64,000 bases of DNA from a virus. Lineage: Duplodnaviria; Heunggongvirae; Uroviricota; Caudoviricetes. Shown here piece after piece: positions 1 through 8,492 of this stretch. The DNA lies in IMG/VR virus record IMGVR_UViG_3300035678_000001; one strand, given 5' to 3'. The notes beneath the pieces were generated by a model. It did not search any database, was not told the DNA's origin, and was given only the letters and a program-made list of their open reading frames with translations. The position numbers and the translations under genes were made by a program. The stretch's first letter is position 1. The number at the start of each line of letters is the position of its first letter.

Positions 1-1582
1 TGGTGCTCGCGCTGTTCCACTGGTCGAAGGTCAACTCCTCCGGGTAGAACTTCATGATCTTGTCCCAGATCCACTCCTCCACCGTGTCGTAGTCGATGGT
101 GTGCTCATCGAAGTCCGCCGGGTCGAAGTGGTGGATCAGGTCGAAGACGCAGTGGATCTCCGGCACGTACAACTTGGTGCCGAGTTTCTCGTCCACCTTC
201 TCGACCATCACCGTCTCGGGATGGGCGATGGCGAAGCCGAAGTTGGCGTTCGACTTCGACGGGTCGCCGTGACCCTTGTAGGTGTGGATGAGGATGCCGC
301 GCTCCTGCATCTCCAAGTTGGGTGTGCCGAACTGCGGCGGGCGCTGGATCCACGGCTCGAAGATCCGCTTGACCTTCGTCTCGTTGAGGTAGGCGTCCAG
401 CGCGGCAGCGAAGTGCGAGCGGCGCTCAACCTTGAAGGTGTCGGGGCTCGCCTGCTCCAACTTGCGCATCTGGTCGTCGTAGATCTGGATGGCGCCGCGC
501 AGGGGCCGGAAGGTGAGACGAAACTCGGGCTGGTCCGGGTGGTAGTGGTCTGGGAAGACCGGCAGGATGTGCGCCCGCTCCCAGTCCTCATAGATGTCCC
601 ACGAGGCCAACTGGACCATCAGCACCTCGGGGTACATCGCGTTGCCCGCGTCGTCCTTCTCCAACGACCGCTGGTAGTTGATGTAGAACTGGCCCATCAT
701 CTGCCAGGGGCTCGACGGCTCGATGATGAAGGCGTCCTTGCCGAACTGGTCGAGCGACGGTGTGGCGGCGGTGTAGAGATCCTCGGCGCTGCGGTTGGCG
801 CCGGTCGCGACGACGTGGGCCATCTCGTCGTACGCCTGCATGAACGAGGTCGGTCCACGACCGGCCATCAGGGTGGACTCCTTGGGCACGATCTCGAACG
901 TCGCCATGTCGAGGTCGCTGCTGATGCCCTTCTCGGCCATCGTCCTGATGCGGGCCTTGTCGTTGGGGGCGAACACCGTCAACTTCTCGGCCTGCGGCTT
1001 GTTGACGTACGGCGCGAAGCAGTTGGAGCCGATGATGACGTTCACCAAGTCCTGCCACACCGTGGCCTTGGCCTGCTCGCGCTTCCCAGCGAAGACCATC
1101 GCGCTCAACTTCTTGTCGCGGTCCACGCCGTAGAAGTCCTGCGGGCCTCCCTTCTTCGCCATGTAGTTCCACAGGATGTAGGCCATGCACAGCGCCGACA
1201 GGTGACCCTTGCCGCCACGTCGCCCGATGACGAGCAGCACCTCGCGGAACCAGCGGTAGCCGTTGGCCTTGAGCCAACGCATCCGCTCCAACACGTCGGG
1301 CTGGATGCCGTTGTTGCCAGTCCGGGTGAAGTTGTCGGTCCACTCTGCGACCACGGCGTAGTCGTAGTCGGTGAACAGGTCTTCGCGCAGGAACACGATC
1401 TTGATGAGGGTGGCCTGGCGCGGGTAGAGGTTCGGTCGGTTGAGCCACTGCTCACCGATGATGAAAGTGATCGGGTCCGGGATCGGAAGCGAGAGCACCG
1501 TCCACCGCAGCACGTCAGTCGGCCCGCCTGTTGGCAGGTTCAGAGCCCCCAGGCCGGGACGACGACGTACTGCGGGCGGCAT
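1..1582 (-). CDS. Terminase large subunit (3' end truncated by the window edge, so absent from the ORF track)
   Basis: The reverse-complement translation starting at the ATG complementary to 1580..1582 reads MPPAVRRRPGLGALNLP...GRRGGKGHLSALCMAYILWNYMAKKGG... The frame stays open to position 1. It has the Walker-A-like GRRGGKG and the usual terminase ATPase/nuclease layout. This call is by recall of the family, not a search. Confidence 0.8.
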   Translation of the reverse strand, partial: MPPAVRRRPGLGALNLPTGGPTDVLRWTVLSLPIPDPITFIIGEQWLNRPNLYPRQATLIKIVFLREDLFTDYDYAVVAEWTDNFTRTGNNGIQPDVLERMRWLKANGYRWFREVLLVIGRRGGKGHLSALCMAYILWNYMAKKGGPQDFYGVDRDKKLSAMVFAGKREQAKATVWQDLVNVIIGSNCFAPYVNKPQAEKLTVFAPNDKARIRTMAEKGISSDLDMATFEIVPKESTLMAGRGPTSFMQAYDEMAHVVATGANRSAEDLYTAATPSLDQFGKDAFIIEPSSPWQMMGQFYINYQRSLEKDDAGNAMYPEVLMVQLASWDIYEDWERAHILPVFPDHYHPDQPEFRLTFRPLRGAIQIYDDQMRKLEQASPDTFKVERRSHFAAALDAYLNETKVKRIFEPWIQRPPQFGTPNLEMQERGILIHTYKGHGDPSKSNANFGFAIAHPETVMVEKVDEKLGTKLYVPEIHCVFDLIHHFDPADFDEHTIDYDTVEEWIWDKIMKFYPEELTFDQWNSAST

Positions 1583-1584
1583 GG

Positions 1585-1968
1585 TTAGTGGCCGCAGCCA
1601 GAACCGTGCTTGTGTCCCTGCTCGACGGCCTTCTTGGCGAGCATGTCCTCGGGCTTGACCTTGATGACGCCGCCGTCACCGAGGCCCAGCACGTCGTTGA
1701 CGATCTCGTGCCGGAGACGGTCGTGGTCGAAGCCAGCGCCCTCCTCGACCCTGCCGGTAATGGTGATCTCCGGCATCTTGATGTCCTCGACATCGGTGTG
1801 GAACCACTTCACGTCCACGAGCAGACCGATCTCGTGGAACCGCTCGTGGATCTCACGGTCGAACTCGCCACGGTTGCGCCGCTGGTGGATGCGCGAGTTG
1901 AGGACCGTGAGCACCTGATGCGCAGCGTCCACCTCGGTGTCGTAGATCTCGATGGGCTGCTGCGTCAC
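1585..1968 (-). CDS. Hypothetical protein (~127 aa) immediately upstream of the terminase. Possible small terminase subunit, low confidence.
   Basis: Track ORF 1585..2022, trimmed to a GTG at 1968..1966 that forms a GTGA overlap with the stop of the upstream 52-aa ORF. The body (VTQQPIEIYDTEVDAAHQVL...) is not Arg-rich junk. Its position next to terL suggests TerS, but no motif supports that. Confidence 0.45.
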   Translation of the reverse strand: MTQQPIEIYDTEVDAAHQVLTVLNSRIHQRRNRGEFDREIHERFHEIGLLVDVKWFHTDVEDIKMPEITITGRVEEGAGFDHDRLRHEIVNDVLGLGDGGVIKVKPEDMLAKKAVEQGHKHGSGCGH

Positions 1969-2123
1969 TGCTCGACTCCTAGCGGGTGAGGTCCGGGCTT
2001 GCCGTCTTCGAGGACCGGCCACGCCTTGAGCACGAGCCGACCCTCGTCGTTCTTGTCCCAGTAGTAGGGCTTGCCGACGACGAAGACCGGCCCCTGCTCG
2101 TTGGCGTGCAGGGTCTTCTGCAT
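1965..2123 (-). CDS. Small hypothetical protein (52 aa)
   Basis: An internal ATG (MQKTLHANEQGPVFVVGKPYYWDK...) at 2123..2121 forms an ATGA overlap with the stop of the RyR-domain gene. The upstream part of track ORF 1965..2384 is Arg/Gly-rich read-through. Confidence 0.4.
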   Translation of the reverse strand: MQKTLHANEQGPVFVVGKPYYWDKNDEGRLVLKAWPVLEDGKPGPHPLGVEQ

Positions 2124-2476
2124 CAGAGGTCCGCGAGGGTCCGCACGATGGCCTGGAACAACTCGTCCTTGACCTTCTCCTTGGCCGGGAGGTCGGCGTA
2201 CGGCACGAGGCAGGGGTGGGTCTTCTTCTCCTCGTCCTTGACCGGCCCGTAGACCCAGCCCTTCTCGACCTTGAAGGCCATCCAGCCCTCGTGGCTCTGC
2301 TCCGGCGTCTGCTCCGGGTTGGCGAGCACAGCCTCGACGCCGCTGACGGCGCTCTCGCGGATCTCGGCCTTGACGAGATCCCACGGCTCCGACACCGGGT
2401 TGTTCACGTCAGGGTTGACCGTCTGCAAGGCGCGGTTGGCCTCGTGGCAGACCTGGGCGATCTTCTTGGCATCCAT
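2123..2476 (-). CDS. RyR (ryanodine-receptor-type) domain protein, 117 aa
   Basis: MDAKKIAQVCHEANRALQ...HEGWMAFKVEKGWVYGPVKDEEKKTHPCLVPYADLPAKEKVKDE closely matches the RyR-domain consensus (HExWA..K...GWxYGP..D..K.HPCLV.F..LPE.EK) by recall. The start ATG at 2476..2474 was confirmed in the sequence. Confidence 0.6.
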   Translation of the reverse strand: MDAKKIAQVCHEANRALQTVNPDVNNPVSEPWDLVKAEIRESAVSGVEAVLANPEQTPEQSHEGWMAFKVEKGWVYGPVKDEEKKTHPCLVPYADLPAKEKVKDELFQAIVRTLADL

Positions 2477-3507
2477 CAGGTGAGCACCTTCTGCTGGCAG
2501 TGGTTGCAGCGGTGGGCGCTCTCGGTTACGACGGCGCCTCCGACTGCTTGGAACTCCCGGCGGACCCGGTAGCGGTTGACCAGCGACGGATCGTTGGCCT
2601 GGTTCGTGATGAGGTTCACGATGTCGAACATCGTGGGGTCGTCCGGGAGTTCGTCGGTGGCTGCGAGGTCCAGCAGATCCACCAGGGTGCGGTCCGAGAC
2701 GCTGTGCTCGCGGGAGATGGCACGCAGAGTCCGCTCGGGGTTCGGCACCTTCTTCTGGTCGAGCGCGTAGTAGTGCTCGATGGCGTCCTCGACGCGCTCG
2801 AACGCCTGCTTGGCGAGAGCCTCGAACTCGGCCAGCACCTCGTCCACTGTCTCGCTGCGACGACCGTCGATCTTGAGTCCCTCGTCGCGCATCTCCATGC
2901 CGTTGGTGCAGGCGAGCCGCATGAACCACGGCTGGGCGTACGGCGAGAGGTTGCGCTTGCGGTCCTGGCCCACGGTGAGCCCGGCCTGGGTGATGTCACC
3001 GACCAGGCGCCCCACCTTGCCGGTGTAGGCGTGCTTGCTGTCGGTGGGCGCGTACACGTCCACCGAGAACTCGTCGGCGCTGTTGCGGTGGTCGTACACC
3101 AGCGCGTCAGCGCCCACGATCTTGGCGATGGAGTTGCAGATGCGCGAGGGGTTGATCGGCGGCTTGCCGGAGGTGTAGATGCCGAGCACGGTGTGGCCGG
3201 GATCAAGCATGAAGGTCGCCACGCCAGGCACGCGACGGATCAGGCGGTTGCAGATCCACTCGCGCTCGTCCGGGTGCAGCCGCTTGTAGAAGGGCGCCGG
3301 GATGTTCAGGAACGAGGTGACCGACTCCATCGTCCGGGTGCTGGCCTCCACCTCGTCCGCACCCAGGTGGAGCACCGGGTTCTCGGTGTCGGTGGTGAGG
3401 TCCACCCGGACCTCGCCCAGGAAGATGTCCTCCTCGCGAGATCGCTCATCCACCTGCTCTGCGAGATCCGCGAGCGTCTGCTCGGACAACTCTCTGACGA
3501 ACGGCAT
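2476..3507 (-). CDS. Hypothetical protein, 343 aa, with a C-terminal CxHC motif
   Basis: Track ORF with a non-biased protein-like composition. Its stop overlaps the downstream start by 1 nt (TGATG). No family was recognised. Confidence 0.55.
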   Translation of the reverse strand: MPFVRELSEQTLADLAEQVDERSREEDIFLGEVRVDLTTDTENPVLHLGADEVEASTRTMESVTSFLNIPAPFYKRLHPDEREWICNRLIRRVPGVATFMLDPGHTVLGIYTSGKPPINPSRICNSIAKIVGADALVYDHRNSADEFSVDVYAPTDSKHAYTGKVGRLVGDITQAGLTVGQDRKRNLSPYAQPWFMRLACTNGMEMRDEGLKIDGRRSETVDEVLAEFEALAKQAFERVEDAIEHYYALDQKKVPNPERTLRAISREHSVSDRTLVDLLDLAATDELPDDPTMFDIVNLITNQANDPSLVNRYRVRREFQAVGGAVVTESAHRCNHCQQKVLT

Positions 3508-3538
3508 GGTCTGGCTCCTTGGGGTTGGCGGGACTTGG

Positions 3539-4180
3539 TTAGGCGTCGTGCTCGATGACGGTCGCTTCCTCGGACCGATGCGCGATGGCGAGGATGACCG
3601 GGTTGACCTCTAGGCGGGCCGTGAACTCGTCCCACTGCTGGGGGCTCATGACCATGCGGGCGTCCTCGATCATCGCCATCGTGGCCGACACCCACGTCTC
3701 CTGATCGACGCTGGCCCCGAGGGTCTGCTCGATGGCGTGCTGGGCCTTGATGGCTCCGAGCAACGCGGTGGCGTCCACCTCGATCTCGCCAGCCTGCAAC
3801 GCCTCGACGCCACGCTGGATGAGCAACTCGTTGGCGGTCACGTAGTCCACCAACTGCTCTGCGGCGTCTTCGAGGTTCTTGCCCACGTCCTTGGCCCGGC
3901 GCTCGATGAGGGCGCGCTGGGCGACCAGCGGCAGAGCGAAGTGGCCCTGCTGGACGTGGTTGGCGATGCGCTCCTTGTCGGGGTGACCGAGCGGCCCGCC
4001 GTACTCCTGGGTGTCGGTGAGCATCTTGGCGATGCCGCCGTAGGTCATCCCCTGCACGATGTATTGCTCGATCCACGCCCGGTAGGGGCTCTGGCACGTC
4101 TTGCAGTTCTGGACCGACACCAGCGGGTAGTCACGGCCACCGACCCGCGTCATCACCAGCGCGGCTGGGGCGAGCGTCAC
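3539..4180 (-). CDS. Hypothetical protein (~205-215 aa), possibly DNA-binding
   Basis: Track ORF 3539..4288, trimmed to a GTG at 4180 (GTGA overlap with the stop of the 60-aa ORF) or alternatively the ATG at 4153. Contains a CKTC pair. Confidence 0.5.
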   Translation of the reverse strand: MTLAPAALVMTRVGGRDYPLVSVQNCKTCQSPYRAWIEQYIVQGMTYGGIAKMLTDTQEYGGPLGHPDKERIANHVQQGHFALPLVAQRALIERRAKDVGKNLEDAAEQLVDYVTANELLIQRGVEALQAGEIEVDATALLGAIKAQHAIEQTLGASVDQETWVSATMAMIEDARMVMSPQQWDEFTARLEVNPVILAIAHRSEEATVIEHDA

Positions 4181-4359
4181 GGGAGCCTCACGATCTTGTA
4201 GATCCCCGAGGTCTTGAGCGGCACGAACTCGGCGCCGCACCGACACGTCGTGGTGTGGGCAGTCATGTAGCGGGTGCAGACGACGCACTTGAGGCGGGTC
4301 TGGCGTCCCCAGGTCGAGTGCAGGTTGACCTTGGTGCCGACCGCCAGGTCACTCACCAT
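4177..4359 (-). CDS. Small zinc-ribbon protein (60 aa)
   Basis: CVVC...CRC four-cysteine pattern. Coupled to flanking genes by overlaps. Confidence 0.4.
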   Translation of the reverse strand: MVSDLAVGTKVNLHSTWGRQTRLKCVVCTRYMTAHTTTCRCGAEFVPLKTSGIYKIVRLP

Positions 4360-4669
4360 CGTTGCCGTACTCGGACACGTGCTCCGAGAGCGTCTGGGTC
4401 CGCGACTTGCCGCCTCGCGCCAGTCCCTCGCGGCTGTTGAGGTCGAGCCGCTCCGGGTTGTACGCCCGGTGAAACATGCCCCGCCGGGTCGTCGGATCAG
4501 GTGTGCCGCCCTCGACGTAGACCTCGCGGGTGCGGCGGTCCTGCTCCTTCCACGGAGTCAGGATGTCGGACTTCTCGCTGTGCTTGGTGACCCCGGCGAG
4601 GGAGATCTTGAGGAGCCGATTGGCTTCGGCTTCGAGTTGCGGATGGATCCCGCTCCGGGGGTTGCTCAC
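4349..4669 (-). CDS. Hypothetical protein (~106 aa)
   Basis: Track ORF 4349..4825, trimmed to a GTG at 4669 that forms a GTGA overlap with the stop of the upstream gene at 4666..4668. Confidence 0.45.
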   Translation of the reverse strand: MSNPRSGIHPQLEAEANRLLKISLAGVTKHSEKSDILTPWKEQDRRTREVYVEGGTPDPTTRRGMFHRAYNPERLDLNSREGLARGGKSRTQTLSEHVSEYGNDGE

Positions 4670-5007
4670 GCAGCCACGCCCTCGCGATAGCGAGGGATCT
4701 CGCCGGACTCGATCATCTCGCAGATCTTCTTGAGCCCGTTGGTGGCGTACATCATCACCGGGTTCGTCGGTGAGACGCCCATGATCTCGGTGGCCTGCTT
4801 CTCCTTGACGTTGGAGACGAGGCACAACTCGATGGCCTGGCGCTGGCGAGGCGAGAGCACCTTGACCTGCTCGTACAGGTGCTCGATGTCGAACAGGCAG
4901 TAGTCGTTGCCGTCCGGCCCGGTGATCGTGTCTATGCCTTCGGCCTCGAAGAACGCTCGGAAGGCTTGGAGGTTCCTGAACAACTCACGGAGAGTACCTA
5001 CCTGCAC
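4666..5007 (-). CDS. Sigma-70 region-4-like / HTH transcription regulator, 113 aa
   Basis: LSPRQRQAIELCLVSNVKEKQATEIMGVSPTNPVMMYATNGLKKI has the pattern of a sigma region 4 / LuxR-type HTH. It is preceded by a 159-bp noncoding region carrying motif family 2. Confidence 0.5.
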   Translation of the reverse strand: MQVGTLRELFRNLQAFRAFFEAEGIDTITGPDGNDYCLFDIEHLYEQVKVLSPRQRQAIELCLVSNVKEKQATEIMGVSPTNPVMMYATNGLKKICEMIESGEIPRYREGVAA

Positions 5008-5109
5008 CGCTAGGTCGCCGTCACCCTCTCTCTGGCCGTCGAAGCAGGATCTGTAGGCGATCCGACAGGAGCGTCACCCGTCTGTCACCCACCGTACACG
5101 CGGACCCCC

Positions 5110-5126
5110 GAGATGTCCGGTAGTCC
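5110..5126. promoter_or_regulatory. Motif family 2 copy (GAGATGTCCGGTAGTCC) in the 159-bp noncoding region upstream of the sigma region-4-like gene
   Basis: Near-identical to 38068..38083. Confidence 0.45.
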
Positions 5127-5166
5127 ACTTGCGTCATTCTGTCCCCACCCACATCAAGTGATGCGG

Positions 5167-5838
5167 TCAGCCCAGCGTGTCCTTGAGCCGCTGGCCGAGC
5201 AGTTGCATCGACCGGACGATGGCGTCGGCCTTGCGGCTGTAGAGCGACAGGAACACTGCGAAGTACCGCTCGTCCCGGCTGCCGAGCCGCCCCTTCTGGG
5301 TGCGGTCCTCGACGGTGAGCCGACCAGCGGGGGCGTCGAAGGACACCGCGAACGCCTCCTCCCACTGGGCCTTGGCGAACATGGCCTCGCCCCAGGCGTC
5401 GGCTGCCTTCTGCTCCCACTCAAAGATCCGGGTGGTGATCTTGAACAGCAAGTCCTCCTTCTGGCGCGTCGTCATCCGGGTGAAGTCCTCGAAGTACGCC
5501 CCGGTGTTGGTGCGCTTCCAGATCGCGAAGCCGTAGCGGTCGGTCTTCACGGTGCCCATGTCGTCCAGCAACTCGGGCTCGCGCACGATGTCGTAGACCT
5601 CGTTCATCAGGGCGAAGGCGTCCGCGAAGTTGACCAGCAGGCGCCCCTCCACCACGTCCTTGACGCCCTCGACGGCCATGCGGTCGGGGCCGTGCCAGTC
5701 GGTGACCATCCGAGCGAAGCCGGGGGTCTTCATCTCCTTGGTGCGGTCCGGGTGCGGGTCAACCACGGTGGGCTCGTCGGCGTCCTTGGTGATCTCGGCC
5801 AGCACCCGCTCGGAGGCATCGCTCGTCTCGACGGTCAT
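5167..5838 (-). CDS. Hypothetical protein, 223 aa
   Basis: The internal ATG at 5838..5836 (MTVETSDASERV...) forms an ATGA overlap with the upstream stop at 5835..5837. The N-terminal 48 residues of the track ORF are Arg/Pro-rich and rejected. Confidence 0.55.
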   Translation of the reverse strand: MTVETSDASERVLAEITKDADEPTVVDPHPDRTKEMKTPGFARMVTDWHGPDRMAVEGVKDVVEGRLLVNFADAFALMNEVYDIVREPELLDDMGTVKTDRYGFAIWKRTNTGAYFEDFTRMTTRQKEDLLFKITTRIFEWEQKAADAWGEAMFAKAQWEEAFAVSFDAPAGRLTVEDRTQKGRLGSRDERYFAVFLSLYSRKADAIVRSMQLLGQRLKDTLG

Positions 5839-6053
5839 GTGGTCGCTCCCTCGCAGGTCTTGCAGTGCCGCTCGATGCGGTCCTCGTAGTAGTTGCCGCC
5901 CGCGTTGGCAGCCATCGTCCGGCGGGCGATGCCACGGACGTACTGGGAGGGCAGCGAGTGGCCGCACTCCAACACGTCCCAACGGCGGGTGATCTCCCTG
6001 CCGGTGATGTCCCGGTCGTACGGGCGCTCCTCGGTGCTGACGACCTTCTTCAC
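5835..6053 (-). CDS. Small zinc-ribbon protein (72 aa)
   Basis: VKKVVSTEERPYDRD...LECGHSLP...HCKTCEGATT. The GTG at 6053..6051 forms a GTGA overlap with the RuvC-like stop. Confidence 0.4.
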   Translation of the reverse strand: MKKVVSTEERPYDRDITGREITRRWDVLECGHSLPSQYVRGIARRTMAANAGGNYYEDRIERHCKTCEGATT

Positions 6054-6697
6054 GACGCCCGCTTCGCGTCGTACAGGTACGTCAGCCCGAGGGCCAGCGC
6101 ATCCCTGGTGTGCTCGTTCCAGCCCCTGGTGTCGGTGTAGCGGTTGACCGCCGTCGTGATGAACCGCTTCTCGTGGCGCATCTCCATCGGCAGCATCACG
6201 ACCTTCATGTGCTGGTTGCCCACAGCGATGCGCTTGCGGGGCTCTGGGAGTGCCGTCACGGCCTGCCGGACCCCCAGGGCACCCAGGAGACTGGACTCGA
6301 TCCTCATGCCCTGCACAGCCGGGATCTCGTGGACGAAGACGCACTCCTCGCCCGTGAGCACGTCCTCGCAGGCGACAGCCTTCGGCGGGATGGTGGCGAT
6401 GCGCTCGCACATCCACTCGGCGCGCTGCAAGGTGTCCTCGAAGCCCTTGAGGCCGGGCACCGGAGGTTCGCGCAACGTCCCCCGGTCAATCACCTCCACC
6501 TCGCTGTCTCGCTTGCGGAAGATCACCCAGCCGGTGTTGGTGAAGGTCTGGTCGAACGAGCAGACCAGGCCGTTGGCGAAGTCCTCCCACGTCGGAGCCC
6601 GCCACTCCTTCTTGGCCGACCGCTTCGGCTTGCCCTTGTTGAGGGCAGCAGCATTGACCCGCGCCCGCAGTTCATCGACAGCACTGACGTGGACCAC
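6050..6697 (-). CDS. RuvC-like Holliday junction resolvase, ~215 aa
   Basis: LVCSFDQTFTNTGWVIF has the RuvC fold signature (compare GIDPGLTNTGWAV), with acidic residues at the expected spacing. Track ORF 6050..6970 trimmed to the GTG at 6697 (TAGTG overlap). Confidence 0.6.
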   Translation of the reverse strand: MVHVSAVDELRARVNAAALNKGKPKRSAKKEWRAPTWEDFANGLVCSFDQTFTNTGWVIFRKRDSEVEVIDRGTLREPPVPGLKGFEDTLQRAEWMCERIATIPPKAVACEDVLTGEECVFVHEIPAVQGMRIESSLLGALGVRQAVTALPEPRKRIAVGNQHMKVVMLPMEMRHEKRFITTAVNRYTDTRGWNEHTRDALALGLTYLYDAKRAS

Positions 6698-7533
6698 TAC
6701 AGCATCCCAACGTCGCAGCGGAACCGAGCCGGGCAGGCACGGGCAGTAGCCGAGCGAGGACGGCAGCACGGGTCGGGCAAGACGCCGCGCTTGGCGAAGT
6801 CGAGCACGCGCAGATACTTCTGCTCCAAGCCCATGCAGTAGAAGGGGTCGTAGGGGATGTGGAACTCCTTGGTGGTCCACGGGTAGCCCATGCCGAGGAA
6901 GAACACGATGAAGCGGCGCAGCCCCGTGATGAGCATGTAGTTCTGGACCTGGGCGTAATACTCCGGCCACTTCAACTTGAACGCCTCGACATCGTTGTCC
7001 ACGATCTTCTGCAACTTCATCATGTTCGAGGTCTTGAACTCGAAGCCGCCCATGCCCCAGCCGGGGATGTTCAGCACGCCATCCATGTGGCCGCGACTCA
7101 TCAGCCGGTCATCGTTGGCGCCGGGCTCCCGGCACTCCTTGCCGTGCTTCATCCCGTGCGGTCGCTTGCAGCAGATGCACTCGCCGCTCGGCCTCACGAG
7201 GATGTCGAGGTCGTACATGCACATCTCGATGAAGTCGTGGACTGCCGTACCCATCGTCACCGACAGGGCACCCGAGAACTCGAAGGGCGGCACCTCCCAC
7301 TTCTCGGGCTCGGTCAGGTAGAAGAACAACTGGCGCTCGGTCATGAGCGGGTGCGTGCTCGGGTGGAAGTAGCCGTCCGGGCGGCGGGGCTCCAAGTGGT
7401 TGTCGAACCGCACCGAGAACGTCGGCGGGAACTTCGCGTCGAACAGGTAGACCTTGAGCAGCGGGGTCAGCACCAAGTCCTGCATCGCCAGCGCGGCGAC
7501 GTTGAGGGTCGGGTTGAACGTGGGTCCGCTCAC
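6697..7533 (-). CDS. PD-(D/E)XK family nuclease, Cas4/RecB-like, with cysteine clusters, 278 aa
   Basis: GTG start at 7533 confirmed in the sequence. Cys clusters (ECICCKRPHG ... PDPCC) are consistent with a Cas4-type Fe-S nuclease. Call by recall. Confidence 0.5.
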   Translation of the reverse strand: MSGPTFNPTLNVAALAMQDLVLTPLLKVYLFDAKFPPTFSVRFDNHLEPRRPDGYFHPSTHPLMTERQLFFYLTEPEKWEVPPFEFSGALSVTMGTAVHDFIEMCMYDLDILVRPSGECICCKRPHGMKHGKECREPGANDDRLMSRGHMDGVLNIPGWGMGGFEFKTSNMMKLQKIVDNDVEAFKLKWPEYYAQVQNYMLITGLRRFIVFFLGMGYPWTTKEFHIPYDPFYCMGLEQKYLRVLDFAKRGVLPDPCCRPRSATARACPARFRCDVGML

Positions 7534-7997
7534 GAGTGGGCCTCCACGATCTTGCGCACCTCGGTCTTGAACTTGGAGTTGTCGATGACATCCAAGGCCA
7601 GCAGATCACGCAGGTCCGACAGAACGTCGTGGAGCGCACGAGCGTCGGTCAGCAGCGCCGACATGTCCATCGCGTCGATGGCGCACAGGTCGATGCCGTC
7701 GCGATTCGCCACCGTGGGCCGCTCGGTGGGATACCAGCGCAGGGCCAACATGGGCCGCTCGCCCACCGCCTGCTCCTGGGCCTTGCGCCACATGGCCTCG
7801 GTGACCGACACCGTGCCGGTCGTGGTGCTCTTGCCGTCCCAGGCGAAGGCGTACTGCTCCGTACGACGGCTGTGACGCCCGTCCATCGGGTTGTGCCACT
7901 GGTTGCCGGAGCCCTTGGTCTGACGCCCGCCCAGCACCTCCACGAGGAACTCCTCGTGCCTGTCCCCCATCTCCTTGCGGAGCCCCTTGCTAGGCAT
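7530..7997 (-). CDS. Putative Hjc-like (archaeal-type) junction-resolving PD-(D/E)XK nuclease, 155 aa
   Basis: GDRHEEFLVEVLGGRQTKGSGNQWHNPMDG resembles the Hjc signature G..FEREL...L...G....R.AGS...D. ATG at 7997 confirmed. Confidence 0.4.
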   Translation of the reverse strand: MPSKGLRKEMGDRHEEFLVEVLGGRQTKGSGNQWHNPMDGRHSRRTEQYAFAWDGKSTTTGTVSVTEAMWRKAQEQAVGERPMLALRWYPTERPTVANRDGIDLCAIDAMDMSALLTDARALHDVLSDLRDLLALDVIDNSKFKTEVRKIVEAHS

Positions 7998-8217
7998 CGG
8001 GCGGCTCCACCGGGATGACGATGATGTGGGCCTCCATCGCCTGCTGCAACTGCTTGCGGATGCGCTCCACGAAGGACACCCGGTGGTCGCGCCACTCCAT
8101 CAGGCAGATGCCGTGGAAGACCGCGCTGGGGCAGTCGTCGTGACCGCAGGGCGCCTCGAAGACGGGGCTGTGCTCGATGATGTTGTCGCAGCGCATACAG
8201 ATCGGTCGGTCCTGCAC
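7990..8217 (-). CDS. Small Zn-finger protein (~75 aa)
   Basis: CMRC...CGHDDC motif. Track ORF trimmed to a GTG at 8217 (TAGTG overlap). Confidence 0.4.
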   Translation of the reverse strand: MQDRPICMRCDNIIEHSPVFEAPCGHDDCPSAVFHGICLMEWRDHRVSFVERIRKQLQQAMEAHIIVIPVEPPDA

Positions 8218-8492
8218 TACCCCTCCAACCGCTTGCCCAGCGCCGGGTACTTGGCGATCAGTGCCTGCTCTCGGCGCCACTTGAGCAAGTTCTTGGTGTA
8301 GACCGTGCCGTACATCAGACAGGTCAGCAGCAGGCCGTAGCCCTTGGTGACGATGGCGTACGCCGCCCACACGGGCTGCACAGCCAGTCCGACGCCCCAG
8401 CCGTACCAGCGACCCTTCCCGGCCAGCACGAGGCCGGTACAGCCCGCAGCAGCCAGCACCAGGGACAGCCAGAACGCGAGGTTGAAGGTCAC
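8217..8492 (-). CDS. Small membrane protein, 91 aa, 2-3 predicted TM helices
   Basis: Hydrophobic segments FWLSLVLAAAGCTGLVLAG and AVQPVWAAYAIV. GTG start with GTGA overlap at 8489..8492. Confidence 0.45.
   Translation of the reverse strand: MTFNLAFWLSLVLAAAGCTGLVLAGKGRWYGWGVGLAVQPVWAAYAIVTKGYGLLLTCLMYGTVYTKNLLKWRREQALIAKYPALGKRLEG

Noticed and set aside
101-1588. 495-aa plus-strand ORF covering the terminase region. The same pattern recurs as long plus-strand ORFs at 11040..13997, 17816..20425, 8854..10089, 48759..50951 and 56529..58664.
   Set aside because: Each lies exactly antisense to a well-supported minus-strand gene. Their products are Arg/Ala/Gly/Val-rich low-complexity strings typical of high-GC shadow ORFs, with no RBS context. 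The terminase itself is missing from the track only because it runs off the window edge.
2123-2929. N-terminal Arg/Pro/Gly-rich extensions on many track ORFs, for example 2123..2929, 4349..4825, 5167..5982, 16180..17454, 24578..25609, 42450..43241 and 51311..53368.
   Set aside because: The extensions overlap the upstream gene in another frame and have junk-like composition. Internal ATG/GTG starts giving ATGA/GTGA/TAGTG coupling were found at the expected positions, so the genes were trimmed.
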